A stretch of DNA of 63,128 bases, counting the filler, from Vezdaea acicularis (taxonomy: Eukaryota): the NCBI GenBank assembly GCA_026025075.1. It is 5 parts of 5 records of this genome, joined end to end, with 100 filler letters (N's around TTAATTAATTAA, not from the genome) between each part and the next. Parts side by side here need not be neighbours in the genome. Positions count along the whole stretch, not along the records: positions 13,135 to 26,094 come from JAPEUI010000240.1; 4 more parts are not named here. One strand, 5' to 3'. The notes beneath the pieces are model-generated. The model saw only the letters and a list, made by a program, of their open reading frames with translations. It made no database searches and was not told where the DNA came from. The translations under genes and the position numbers were made by a program. Shown here piece after piece: positions 13,135-25,419 of the stretch. How positions within the stretch are numbered: the stretch's first letter is position 1; each line of letters begins with the position of its first letter.

Positions 13135-13829
13135 TCAGCGCCCGCGAAGCCGCTCTCGACAACCGCCCCTATCCAACCCTCTCGGACCTCGAGTCCTACG
13201 CCGAAAACACCTACTCCTCCCTCCTCTACCTCCTCCTCGAGTCCCTCCCCCTCCGCAGCCTGCCAGCCGACCACCTCGCAAGCCACATCGGCAAAGCCGC
13301 CGGCATCGCCGCCGTTCTCCGCGGCATCCCCCTCCTCGCCTTCCCCGGTCCGCCGCGAGACCACTCCGCGCAGACCGCCTTCGGTGGCACTTCAGGAGCC
13401 CACCAGCAAGGCGCCGTTCTGCTTCCACTAGACGTCATGGCGCGCCACGGCGTTGTCGAAGAGGACGTCCTTCGCCAAGGCGGCGCCGCACCGGGACTGA
13501 CCGACGCCGTCTTCGAAGTCGCGACGCGCGCAAACGACCATCTCATCACGGCTCGCGAGATGCTGCGCAGCATCCGGGCTGGAAAGGGGGCGGGGCATGA
13601 GTTCGAGGAGCAGGGCCGGTGGGAAGAGGGTAGGGGGTATGAAGAGGGTAACCCGGCTGCGGACGTCGAGAGAGCGTTTGCCGTCGTGTTTGGACAGGCG
13701 GTGGCGACGGGGTTGTGGTTGGGTAGGCTAGAGAAGGCCGGGTTTGATGTGTTCTCCGAGGATTTGGGGAGGAGGGAGTGGAGGCTGCCGTGGAGGGCTT
13801 GGTGGGCGTTTCGGAGGAGGACGTTTTAG
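13135..13829 (+). CDS. NDUFAF6-like complex I assembly factor (squalene/phytoene synthase fold), 5'-truncated
   Basis: Reads PYPTLSDLESYAENTYSSLLYL..DHLASHIGKAAGIAAVLRGIP..LPLDVMA..DAVFEVATRANDHLITAR..WLGRLEKAGFDVF. Confidence 0.88.
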
Positions 13830-13909
13830 GGATGGGGGGCTGGTGGGGTGGATTGGGCGATGGTTGGAAATAGGGGCTTGGGTTCTTGTGTGATCTAGCC
13901 TCACCTTAC

Positions 13910-15230
13910 CGCTCAACGCCACGAGACTTGTTCACCCAAGACATCTACTATTTGCACCGAATCAGCTGGCTCCTGCCGCATGAAAGCCTGTTCCTCCCCC
14001 ACCAAGCAAGCCTCGAAAGGGGAAACTCTCCTGCCCCCTCTTCGCCATGCCGTGCATCGCCACGCCATACTCCACCCCACCATTCCCCTCGGCTTTTCCC
14101 CTCCATCCCGTCCTGTAAGCCCTAAACCCCACCCCCACTCCCACCCCCTCTATTCTCCAACCGTGTCCCATCCCGCGGGATGACCCGCCCGAGACCGCAC
14201 GCCTCGAAAAGGGGGGGGGGGGGGGCAATGTGTTCAGACAGGCATGCTCTATCTTATGGCGAGCTAGCTAATCGCCTAGGATGCTGGTTTTTCATGGGTG
14301 GGAAGGTGTGCGTGTACGCATTCTAAACGGTTTGCGCGATAGGAGAGAGTGAAGGAGGGGCGTGTAAGCGCGTGTGTGGATTGTGTAGAGTGCCTCATAA
14401 TCCTGCAGATGGAGATATCGTGCGCGCGACACTCTACTGACTCACCCATACCCTCACAGAAGCAGAAAAAACAACACCAACACATCATCCACAGCATCGC
14501 GGCATCTCCTACCTTCACCACCCAGGCATCGAAGAGGCGCCCATGGCGTTCGTGGCGTTCGTGGGTTGCTAGCCCAGCCAAACCACTGCATCCCAGAAAG
14601 CGGATGTTAATAATCACGATGAAGATAATGCGGCTGAACAAGCGGTGTACGCCCTCTCCCCTTCCCCGCCTAACCAACAAGCAACGACCGCACCCACATA
14701 CACGTTTCCCAGGAAAGCAAGGGGTGGGTTCAATCAGGAACCCAGATCCAGGATGAGGCGGCAGAGGCGTGGGGGGTTAAAGGGGTGGTCCCCGAATCGA
14801 TGCGTGGGGGCGGGGAACAGTGGCGTTGGATCTAGGGCGTGGGGGTGGGGGTGGGGATGCTATTTTAACCACAGAGGTTGCCGTGGGGGTGGGGATGTTG
14901 ATTTCGATGGAGAGGCGCGCCGTGGGGGTTCGTTGTGCATGGGGGTGGGTGGTTGGGGGGGCATTGGAGCAGCTGGGTTGTTGCGGGAGGGGATTTTGGG
15001 GGGGAGGAGCGGGTTGGTGTGATTAGGGGATTTTGGGGTTTGTGGGGGAAAAGAGGTAAAGAGGTTGCTTGTGGGACGCTCGAGTGACTGGGAAAGGGAA
15101 GGTAGGGTTAGGGTTAGGGTTTTCCTCTATGTAGGGACTCTCGCAGTACTCGCCGTGAGAGGCGAGAGAGTGCTCGCAGTTTGTACATTACAATTCTGTA
15201 TGTCCTATGTACTCACTACACATCTATAAT
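13910..15230 (-). ncRNA. Candidate telomerase RNA (TER/TR); boundaries approximate
   Basis: Minus-strand AACCCUAACCCUAACCCUA (15121-15103); no credible ORF; several helices whose G-U pairs work only on the minus strand; 5'-splice-site-like GUAAGG at 13909-13904. Confidence 0.5.
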
Positions 15231-15262
15231 ACCTCTCAGACCAGAGACCATCTCTCAAACGA

Positions 15263-17214
15263 CTAGAACTCCTGTCGACGCCGCGTCCTGGCGTCCCCGT
15301 CCCTCGACTTTCTCGAGCGCTCGATCAGTCTCCGGTTCGCGACTTTGAGCAGGTATCGATATATGACGTCACGCATCAGGAAGCAGAAGGTCACGAAGGC
15401 GACGGGGACTGCAATGGACCAGAAATACGTGTCGCTCTCGTTCTGCACGCCGGGGAAGATGTGGAAGTTCATCCCGAAATAGCCCTATGATCGTCGTTAG
15501 ACCCTTTTTACCTACGGTTCTTTGCTGCATTGTGGTACGGTGGGGTAAGGAGAATACTCACAGTCAGGAAGGTTAGAGGAAGGAACAAGATCGTGACGAG
15601 GGTCAGTTGTTTCATGCTCTCGTTCTGGTATGCCCCTATTGTGTTGAACACTAGATCCACCATTCCGTCGGCGGCGCGTCGCATGTTCTCCAACGTTTGC
15701 CCGATAAGCAGACAGTGGTCTTCGACGTCTCCCAAATAAGTGCGCGTCATGGCGCTCAAGGTGATGGCGGATGTCTTCACAGGCGGCCGCCAGCTGAGTC
15801 CTGTAGCGCCAGGCGTGCCTGGCGCAGATAAATTCGGGCTCATGAGGCCACTGGCAGCTGCCCCTGAAGCCTCGGCCTTATGGTCACGGAGGGCGTTGAC
15901 GAGCGTCGCAATTGGCGTGATGGTGTTGCGCAACAGCGAGATCTCGGATTGTAGGATATACAGGGGCCTGGTGTGCATGATCGACGGGTCAGTCAAGATG
16001 TCCAGCTCGAGGTCACCGATTGCATCTTGATACGCGGTCACGACTGGAATGGCCAAGTCGATGATTCCGTCAATGATAGCTTGCGTCATCATACCCGCAT
16101 CGCACGACTGGCGTAGAATCGTCTCGGAAGAGCTGAGGCGCTTCAGCACCGGGACTTCGATGTCGTCCGCGCTGTGCTCGAAGAAGGAGAGGACGGTGTT
16201 GTCGCTACAGATGAAGATTGATACTTGCTCGCAGGCGACTCCATACGAGCGCGACGAGAGCGCGTTGTGCCGCTCCATGAAGTCGGTCCGAGCTTTGTTA
16301 GGGCCACCGTGATATTGTTGAAGGGTCCGTATTGGGACGCGCGGGTCAATGCTCTTTTCGTCTCTTTCCTTCTCTTCTTCTTCTCGTTGTGGTGTGTTTT
16401 TGACGTAGTCTCTGCCTGTGGCCGTAAAGCCTTGGCCATTACTCATTGTTTTCGGAGTTGCTCTGGTCTCGGAAGGATTCCTGTTTTTCCTTCTCCCTGA
16501 CTTGCCACTCACGAGTCTTCCAAGTGCGGCTTGTAGAGGACCTTTCCTCTTCTTTCTTTTATGTGACGTGTTTTCTTCGTCAGAGCCATCTCCATCTTCA
16601 CAATCGTCGGTCAAACTGTAGAGTTTTTGAAGGGTTAGAACTATATAGGTGTGATCAGAGTACCAGTCCGCTTTCGTTCGATTCTTTGTGTGTATCATGT
16701 CCTCAATTGCAAGCCTATGTAGGTTCTTATATGTTCCTAGCAACCTGATAACATCGTAGCTCAGCCCATTGACGTTGATCCAGCGACATCGTACCCAATC
16801 TGGCCTTTCCCTCTGTAAGAATGGTCCCAAGGATCTATTATCTAACTCGTGTAGCTTCATCTCATCTTCCGAGAAGTCGACTACCGTGATCTCGCATTCC
16901 TGATGGGGCAGGGCACTATCATCATCCAGGCGCCCGCCATGCGGTTTTGACACATCGATGCCTGGCTCCTGACCCGGCTGCCAATTCGGCCTCATACTTC
17001 TATACGTGCGCATCGTATTCGAGCGCCGATGGAGTAATCGTGGACTTGGAAGAGACGATGCGGATGATGTGTTGCCGACGGGAGAATGAGACGGGATAGC
17101 GGCTCGAGCTTCGACATCCATCATGAAATTAGGCTCGCTCTGTGACGATGCTCTAGGATTTGCAGCCATAATCTGACCAGGGATTAGAGATGTGGATCCA
17201 TCAAAAGGAATCAT
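15263..17214 (-). CDS. CorA family Mg2+/metal transporter
   Basis: [15 protein letters not shown] and [22 protein letters not shown], then GYFGMN (GMN signature) across intron ~15485-15560. Confidence 0.93.
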
Positions 17215-17886
17215 ATTTACCGCAACTTGGAAGGAATCCCCCCACGGTACAGGGCGTATAATTTGAAGGCAGCAGCGCAGCTTAGAATGACGTTAAAAGA
17301 GATATCTGTGACTGCGTGTAGAGCAACCGCGGATCGCCAATATGCAAATCTATGCAAAGAACGTGCAGTCGCTGTTCGACAAGCGCACGACAATCGAGGT
17401 CGAACTCGCGATGTATGCCATGACGTTTCCATGATCTCGTAGCCGAGGATAAAGGGGAACCCCTGCAGAAATTAAGGTTACGCTAACGCTAAACTTGCTA
17501 GGGTAAAGCGTGGGCTCCCGGAGGGCGATCCGCTCTTTCCCGGTTCAAGAAATTTATAGCGCAACCTCAAAAAAGCTTCATGGCGATCCACAGAGATGGC
17601 TTTGGGTATGTGAGGTATTTTCGATAACCCAATGAGTAAATGCTATATCTGGAATATCATTTCAGCCCCCTTTCCCAAACATTCTAACGATATTATATGA
17701 ATACTGTCGTCCATATTTCTGCTCTGATCAAGGGCTCCTTCGCCAATGGAAAGACGTAAGTCAAGCTTAGGTCCCCCCGACACGACGTTCGACGCCAAGT
17801 GATACCTTATGTACTGCATCCTACCCCTGAGTCGAGTTTTTTCCCTATGTGTCGCACATACACATACGCAAAGAACGTTAGGACAT

Positions 17887-20177
17887 TTACTTGCCTGTGT
17901 CAGTCTCATCGCCATCCTTACCAGAGTTTGGGTTTAGTGGCTTTTCCGGATCATAACCGACTGACTTGACAATACCGAGTCCCTTAGTACGCCCTTCGCG
18001 GAATAGCAAACGGTCTCCGACAGCAAGATATTCAGGCCTCTGCACAAAACGAAAAGCCACGGTGGCCCTATCACCTGTTCGGATATACGTTCTGTCGATA
18101 TCGATGATGGCACAGGTCTGAGATACTGGTCCAACATGCAACATTGCCTGATACTTTGTTTTGATGGTTGTGGCATGACTGAGAATGAGTACTGCAGAGG
18201 GTAGCCTTTAGCAGGACCAGAATTTCTGGCAGGAGGCTTCACTCACCTTCGGCTACAAATTCACGGTATACCTTGGGTGGATGTTCCTGCTTTGGTAGGA
18301 CGACCATCCCCTTCCTCACATCTTTTCTCCGTATCCTTTTCAGAGCGAATGACGCAGACTGTCCAGCAGAACAGACGGGAACTTGTATCCGCTTCCTTTC
18401 AATGGTTCTTATCGCCGTGTTCGTAAATTGGCCAAGGGAGTCTGGGCCGATCATGATAGGATCTCCGGCATGAACAACACCTAAAACATGTCAGTCTCTG
18501 CACGCCAGCTTAATGCCTAGAGAGCAAGCGAACCGCTCTTCACGATTCCAGACACGACGGTTCCAACGAAAGGGACGGAGAAGGTGTCATTGACGTGGAA
18601 CTCAAAAGGGGCATTCTCGTCGTAATGCCCGTGATGGGGAAGAATATTCAAGAACGTCCGAACAAGATCGAGGCCTTCGCCAGTAACATTGGATACTTGG
18701 AATACAGGACAGATGCGCTGGCTGACGAATTGAGTCTATAAATGTCAGGATGGGGTTAGTAGAACGTAGAGCTAAGGCTTTCACGCACAGCAGTATTGAT
18801 ACATTCTTCCCTATCTTTAATGAATATAGGAAGCTTTCGAGCTCCGGGGCTCTTCAATATTTTAGTGATCTGCGTGATTGTTTGCTGCAGAATTTGGGGG
18901 GGACAGATGTCGATTTTGGTGATTACAACCATTACGGGTACATTCAGTGCCAGGGCAATACCGAGATGCTCTCTAAGGGTACCTGTTAGAGAAACCGCGT
19001 TTCGGAGATGGTCCGATCATGTGTGCTTACTTGCTCATTCCAATCAAGCCATTGTTCGCAGCGACCATTAGAAGTGCATAATTAGGGCTGCTACTTAGTA
19101 ATCCAAAAACCGTAGTCCGAAGGTACCTCTCATGCCCTGCCAGGTCAGTGAAACTTATGACTTTCGCCTAGACGTAGAAAAGGGTCAACTTAATTCCATA
19201 ACAATCACCAGAACGGGGCGGCTCTCTCGCATACCGATCTGTGTCCAATCTCCTCCCAAGTCAGTTTTCTCCCTGGCACATTGGAGGCAACTATTTCGCC
19301 CAAGCTGTCGAAACCCATGATTTCCATGCCTACCGAGCTGGTTCGGCCGCTTTCAATCTCATGCTTGTGTCGAAAGAGGTTCACTCGAGCTTTCCCACGA
19401 CCATCGTCGAGGCCCCCTTTCACGAGGACTCCGAGCATGGTACTTTTACCAGCATCCACTGTCGACTCTCTTAGCATAAACGGCCGAGCACCATGACCCA
19501 GAGCCTTTCGACGTACCGTTGCCTACCACCGCTATCCTCGTCTCTATCACGTCCTCAGAAGTGAAGGGTTTCCGTCTGATCATGATTTTCCCTATAGAAC
19601 CTTTCTCCTTGTCGTCCCTTGCCGGTGCCTCCTCTTCACCCCCAACATTACGGGTGATAAGAAGCCGGCAGTCGGAGTTGAGTATGCTAGCTGCTTCCTG
19701 AAGGCGCTTGAACGATATATCCCACTCTGCTTTCGAGAGGTCCATGGCGTCGCCATTATTCTCGTATCCTATCTCGAAGAGCGTCTCCCCATTGCCCTCC
19801 TCGAGTCGACCTTTCAGCAAGTCCGTCAAGTCTTTGACGTTCTCATCTACATCTCCACTGGTGTCGAGAAACAACTGCTTCAGAGGCGCATGGCGCACAG
19901 TATCTTCAAGCCCCAACGAATCGAGAATGTCCAGCTCAGCATGATCTTCGGTGATATCTGTTGCAGCGGTAGCCGGGGACAGACCAGTACTAGCAGTCTC
20001 AGTCCCTACTGTGCTGTCGTCCAATGGCAGAGCTCCGGCAGGGCGTCGCCGCTGCTGCTGCCGTTCGACATAGTCGGCGAAATCGCTAAGAGCCTGGATA
20101 TACGATCATTATGACGCCCAGTGAGACGAGTGAAATGCAAGAATGTAGACTAACAGACTCGCCCTTCCGGCGCTCAT
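17887..20177 (-). CDS. GTPBP1/GTPBP2-like translational GTPase (multi-exon)
   Basis: RIAVVGN/VDAGKST P-loop, [23 protein letters not shown] and C-terminal [10 protein letters not shown]; start inferred through a short first exon. Confidence 0.9.
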
Positions 20178-20743
20178 GATATGTCTGCTTGCCTAACCCC
20201 TCCTTCATGCCTTTATGTGTCGAAGCCTGCTACAAATGTAGCTGTGGAACTCAAGGTATTCGAGTGATCATTTATGTGCAAATCCAGAATTTTAATAATC
20301 ATTCACGAAAGGCAACTTTATGTACAGGTTGAGACTGGACTGACGCGTACTTTAAGAGAGTAGCATATGTGGGGGTAATGGTAGATGACTCGTCGCGCAC
20401 GACCATGGAAACCCATCGAGATCTAACCTATGACGCATCGATATCTACAATATAATCGAGTCACAGGCGAGGCAGACCGGAGGGTCAATCCCACATGAGT
20501 CGCATACAATATGAGTGCCAATTCATGCATGGAGTATATCAGGAAGCTCATATTGGTCCCTTCCAGCACACTATGACTTTTGAGGTGTAGCTTGGTAGCT
20601 GTGACTTTGCTAGAACCTTCTCCGGAAAATTGCTAGACAGCCCATGGAGAGCTGAGGACATGATACGTCCAGATCTGCTCATTCTTGGCTCTTATACCCT
20701 TCAGTGACCCTCCTTCTCTTCGATTGGAACGGTAGAACGAGAT

Positions 20744-21235
20744 TCATGGCGCGGATTGGGGAGATATCAATACGACACTATCACCTGGGGGGTGAATGTC
20801 AGCACCTCATTTTGGAACATTTGAAGAGTTGCTGGGTCGTGATACCTCTTACGAATAGCATTTCGGATTGTTTCCTGACGACCTAAAGATTTGTTAACGG
20901 TTTTCCAACAAGGGGTGGATCATTTATCACCTTTACTACCTCGTCTTCATCGTCGTCGTCTTCTACCGAGTATATTGTCTCCTCCACATCCCCGAGCACC
21001 AGGTTGCAGTGACTGTCATAAGCCTAGAATTTTAGTAGCAAAATTAGCGCTTGTTCAAATCTTCTGCGCATATTGCCTGTTGTTGCGGTTTATTGAGTTT
21101 TTGACGTACATGGAGTCGGCCTTTTAGCTCGCGATCTCCGCGAAGTTTCACAAAAACGATCTCGTCGAGGGACAGCCTGACAAGGTCGAGTGGCTCCGAT
21201 ACCGCTGCAGCTGGTCCATCTTCAACGTCGGCCAT
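20744..21235 (-). CDS. LSM3: U6 snRNA-associated Sm-like protein LSm3
   Basis: [29 protein letters not shown] / [16 protein letters not shown] / EMLFVR / GDSVVLISP in four exons. Confidence 0.95.
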
Positions 21236-21469
21236 GTCTTCATAGACTGCTAAAAGTAAAAATCCCAAGACGTTCTCTTCGTATGCGCATGGTTTGTGAA
21301 GCTTGTGGGAAGACAGATGATATTGCGGAGGTCCGAATGCAGCACGCCCGCCAAGTTCGCGTAACTTGCGGGATTCGGTAAATTTTTCTTTGCAAGGTCG
21401 TGTTCTCGTCCTCTCCATCCCTCAACTATGTGAAGGGCGTAAAGCCCAAAGCCCACAACTGCTGGTTTC

Positions 21470-23347
21470 ATGAGCCTCAGCATTTCAAGATGCGAGGCCC
21501 TTCGGACTCAATCACTCGCCGCGGCTTGGCCTTCTGGCCCAGCGAGCGCGATTGTCAGCAGGCGACTTCGTCGTCAAGTCGGTAGTAGCCCGCGAGCTCA
21601 ACCGACGCGCAACCTGTCTACCTTGAAACAGGCAGGCCATCTTACGCGCCTCCTACAGCATACTGGAGATGTGTGGTCGATAAGAGAAGAACGAGACAAG
21701 TTTCAACGACATTGGCAGCAGGACTTTGAGGTAGCACTTCGCAATGGAGACCCCGATACCTTGCGCGAGTCCCTTCAGAGGGCAGATCGACAAGGCCAGA
21801 TGGATGCACTGCGGATCGACCAGCTACCCAGAACTACTTTCCACGAGTGTCTCCGACTGCTTGATCCAGAATTCCACGTGGAGCCTTATAAGAATCTTAC
21901 GAAAGTATTCACGCCGGTATGGCATTTTCGCTTGGGCGTCAGAACTTTCGAGAGGATAGCCTACGCATACATGCGTCTTATGGATCATTTCCTGCAGACA
22001 AGACGCAGCAGCAGTCCGAGCGAGCGCCGCTATGAACTCAACTTTCGACTGAAGTGTGCCAGCACAATTGGCAATGCCGCTGCCGCCGACAAGGTGTGGA
22101 AGCAGATGGCAAGCGAAGGGATCGCTCGGGATACCAATTCTTATGCGTGGTACATCAATGCGCTTGCTTGGAACAAGGCCCATTACACGATAGGACGGCA
22201 GTTTCTCAGAGTGAATCAACTCAGCGTGGATGGCAAGAAGAAGAGGCAAGGACGGTACGAAGATGTGGAGACCCGCAAGGAGTTTCTTGCCAAAGCAACA
22301 GACGCCTATAACGAGATGAAGCGAGAAGGAATTCAGGGGGATGAGATGGTACACCTCGCAATGATCACCGTGAACGCAAGACTCGGCAACACGAAAGCCA
22401 TAGCCACAATCCTCAACGACGTCTGGGGCATCGACGTCCTCGCCATCCTCGAATCCGACGGCGACTACAGCCCCAAACCCTTCAACCTGCACAGATCCTC
22501 CCCCCTCTACCCAACCGAGCGCCTCCTCTTCGTCCTCGCCCACGCCTACGGCACCTGCAACGACCTCGCAGCAGCCATGCGCCTAGTCGACTACGCCTCC
22601 CTGCAATACTCCCTCCCCATCCCCCCCTCCGTATGGGAAGAATTCCTGCAATGGGCCCACGTCCTCTCCATCCACCGCCCCCCCTCCCAACGCGCCCTCG
22701 GCCGCGCCGAAGGCGCCCTCCCCCGCAACACCCTCTCCAGCATCTGGTCCACCATGACCTCCCCCCCCTACAACATCGTCCCCACGCCGCTCATGCAGAG
22801 CTACTACCTCAAACACCTCTCTCTACAAGGCAGTATCCGCACCTTCCACTCCCAACTAACAACCCACACCCCCTCCTCCCTCCTCAAACCCTCCACAACC
22901 CGCCGCGACGCCGCCTACAACGCGTTCATCACAGCCTACTTCTCCCTCTCCACCCCATACTGGCCAAAATCCTTCCCCCCCCTCGCCCGCCTCCGCCGCG
23001 AACACACAGAAGCCAAAATCGCCTGTATCGCCCACGAAGCCCTTCTCCGCCGCACCGCCTCCCTCGTCCTCTGGAGCCCCCGCGTGCGCCGCTACGGCTT
23101 GCATCATGACTGGGAACGCCGCGTCTTACCCGCTTTTATTGGCCGGTGGGCCCGCTATTTGCCAGAGAGAATCTTTTATGAGATTAGTACCGGCAAGCTT
23201 GAGTTTGCGCTTCAGGGTGACAGGAAGGCGCGGTTTGAGGAGAGGTATATGAAGTCGCCATATGCGCTGCCGAGAGTGGTTAAGAAGATGGGAGTCCCGG
23301 ATACGGGGAAGTTTCGGGTTAGGTATCGGGGGGCGTTTCGCGGGTGA
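21470..23347 (+). CDS. AEP2: Mitochondrial ATPase expression protein (ATP13/AEP2, PPR-like)
   Basis: 625-aa ORF with PPR-like helices and SPLYPTERLLFVLAHAYG.CNDL..AMRLVDY.S..Y..PIP..VW. Confidence 0.8.
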   Translation: MSLSISRCEALRTQSLAAAWPSGPASAIVSRRLRRQVGSSPRAQPTRNLSTLKQAGHLTRLLQHTGDVWSIREERDKFQRHWQQDFEVALRNGDPDTLRESLQRADRQGQMDALRIDQLPRTTFHECLRLLDPEFHVEPYKNLTKVFTPVWHFRLGVRTFERIAYAYMRLMDHFLQTRRSSSPSERRYELNFRLKCASTIGNAAAADKVWKQMASEGIARDTNSYAWYINALAWNKAHYTIGRQFLRVNQLSVDGKKKRQGRYEDVETRKEFLAKATDAYNEMKREGIQGDEMVHLAMITVNARLGNTKAIATILNDVWGIDVLAILESDGDYSPKPFNLHRSSPLYPTERLLFVLAHAYGTCNDLAAAMRLVDYASLQYSLPIPPSVWEEFLQWAHVLSIHRPPSQRALGRAEGALPRNTLSSIWSTMTSPPYNIVPTPLMQSYYLKHLSLQGSIRTFHSQLTTHTPSSLLKPSTTRRDAAYNAFITAYFSLSTPYWPKSFPPLARLRREHTEAKIACIAHEALLRRTASLVLWSPRVRRYGLHHDWERRVLPAFIGRWARYLPERIFYEISTGKLEFALQGDRKARFEERYMKSPYALPRVVKKMGVPDTGKFRVRYRGAFRG

Positions 23348-23512
23348 TTTGGGGGGGGTTTTTTTGTAATTGTATACATAATAAATCTGAAGCAACCCCT
23401 CCCTCTTCTTGTTTTTTTCCGTTAGTGTCATGCGACCTCCGTCCCATGAACCCTCCTCCCTTCCTCAACCCGGCCCAGCATACATTATATCTCCCCCCCC
23501 CCTCGTAAAAGT

Positions 23513-25419
23513 TCATAAAACACCAATCGGCTTCCCCTCCCACTCCGCCGCCGCACTCCACGCGCGCCAGCCCGTCCGCCGCTCGTCGAGCCAGTGCGGG
23601 GGGTTAGCTGCGAGGAGGAAAGGGATGGAATCTTGGAGGTCTGTGTCTGAGTCTCGGTCTCGGTCTGGGTCTGGATCTGGGATCATCTGTAGTCCGTTGC
23701 TGAGGGGATTGTTGGTATGAGGGTTGCTGGGGGGGTGGTTGGGGGTGTCGCTGCTGGAGCTGTTGTGGGTGAGGTTGGTGGTGCTGAGGTTGTTGATGCT
23801 GGAGCTGCTGGAGCCGCTGCCAGCATCAGCGAAACCATTCCCGAGCTCTCTCTGCGCGTACACATCCACATCCCCCTCCCCCTCTCCCTCCCCCTCCCCC
23901 TCCCCCTCTCCACTCCCCCCCAGCCTTCCCGCCTCCCCAACCGCCTCCGCCCAAACACCCACCCCCCCCATCTTGCCCACAGTAGGATGCCGCACCAAAT
24001 CCCCCACGAGCCTAACCGTCCACACCCCCGGCCTGACAAGCGCCTGGTGGATGAACCCGTTCACATCAACAGTCCGAGGGAGTGTGGTGTGTGCTAGCCA
24101 GCGGGGGGAGAGGAGGAGGTGGTGGAGATAGTGGTATGCGATTGAAGCATGGGAATGGGAGGAGGAGGGGGAGGGGGAGAGGTGGGGTAGCAGGGCGGAG
24201 AGCAGGGCGGGGAGGAAGGGCGGGTGGTGGGTGCTTAGGGAGAGGAGGAGGGGGTCGAAGAGCTCGAAGGGGGGATGGCTGTGAGGGGAGGAGGGGTTAG
24301 TTGGGTGGTGGTTTATTTGGGCGGGGGGGAGTACTTACCCATCGCTTGTCTTCCGCAGCAAAAACGCGGTGTCCTCTCCTTTAGTTTCCAAGAGGACGCG
24401 GAGAAGTACGGTCAGGCCCCCCGTCCCACTCCCTGCGATACGAAGGAGCTGCCTCGTCGTAGACTCGACAGTATCAGCCGCCCCTTTCAGCGGCTGCGGC
24501 AGCGGGGGTTTCCCCTGTTTCCGCCCCCTCTTCACCTCTTTCCTCTTCCCCCCCTTCCCGCCTTCTCCTCCGCCCCCCTCCGCCTCAACAAAAGCATCCA
24601 GCACACTCCTCACTCTCCCCTCCAGCACCTCCTCCAACTCCCCAACCCTTCTCTCCATCCCTTCCAGCACCGCGCGTTCCTCAGGCGTATCCGACAAGGG
24701 AAGTTTCTCCCAATAGAAAGTCCAGAGCCAGCGTAATGCGCGCTTGCACGCGTCGCGCAGGACGAGGAGGCTGGGGAGCTCGCGGTGGGCGATGTCGTGG
24801 CGGAGTTCGACGAAGGAGGGGGGCAGGGAGAGGTGGCGCGCTAGCGCGTGCATGCTTGGATGGTTGCTGGGGCGGGGCGGAGTGGTGGTGGTGGTGGCGG
24901 TGCCAGGTTGGGAGGGAAGAGAGTGTGATGCCGTATCCAACAACAACGTAACAAACCTAGAGAACGCCGTCGCATACGTAGCGCGTAGCGGGAGCGCCGT
25001 CCTCGCCGACGAAAGCGAAAGCGATGGACTCGACCTCGACCTGTCCTCTGGGTGTGCATCCCGTTTGCGTTTCCGCGTCTGTGCTTGAGAGACGCTGGAG
25101 TCGACAGCGGAAGCGATACTCTCCTCGAACAAGCCCGCGTCGACTAGAAGCCCCGAGGCGAGGATGACGTGCGGGAGGTTGCCGCGGTGGGCCCACATTG
25201 TGATCTGGAGGTTCGTGGACAGGGCGTTAGTCCGGGATGTCAGATATAAAACTCTTCCCCTCCCTCAAACAATTAAAAAGGATTACGTACAGTACTGACA
25301 GCCTTCCTCCTCTCGTCTCGTTCTTCGTCAACTCCGCTATTTATAGCCCCGTATAACTGCTCCCGAACCCGTATCAACTCGTCCCGGGTCCGCCAGGGCG
25401 TGACTTCATACCGCGGCAT
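23513..25419 (-). CDS. LAS1: Las1 pre-rRNA processing endonuclease
   Basis: MPRYEVTPWR start, WAHRGNLPH, LRATYATAFSRFVT, FVELRHDIAH (HEPN RxxxxH) and C-terminal W..KPIG; two introns. Confidence 0.9.

Noticed and set aside
14230..14252. 5.8S rRNA fragment (GCATGCCTGTCTGA on the minus strand)
   Set aside because: Only ~14 nt resemble the 5.8S 3' end, and there is no other rDNA sequence around it.
15103..15121. A true chromosome end
   Set aside because: Only about three repeats, internal to a contig with genes on both sides; a template or telobox is more plausible.
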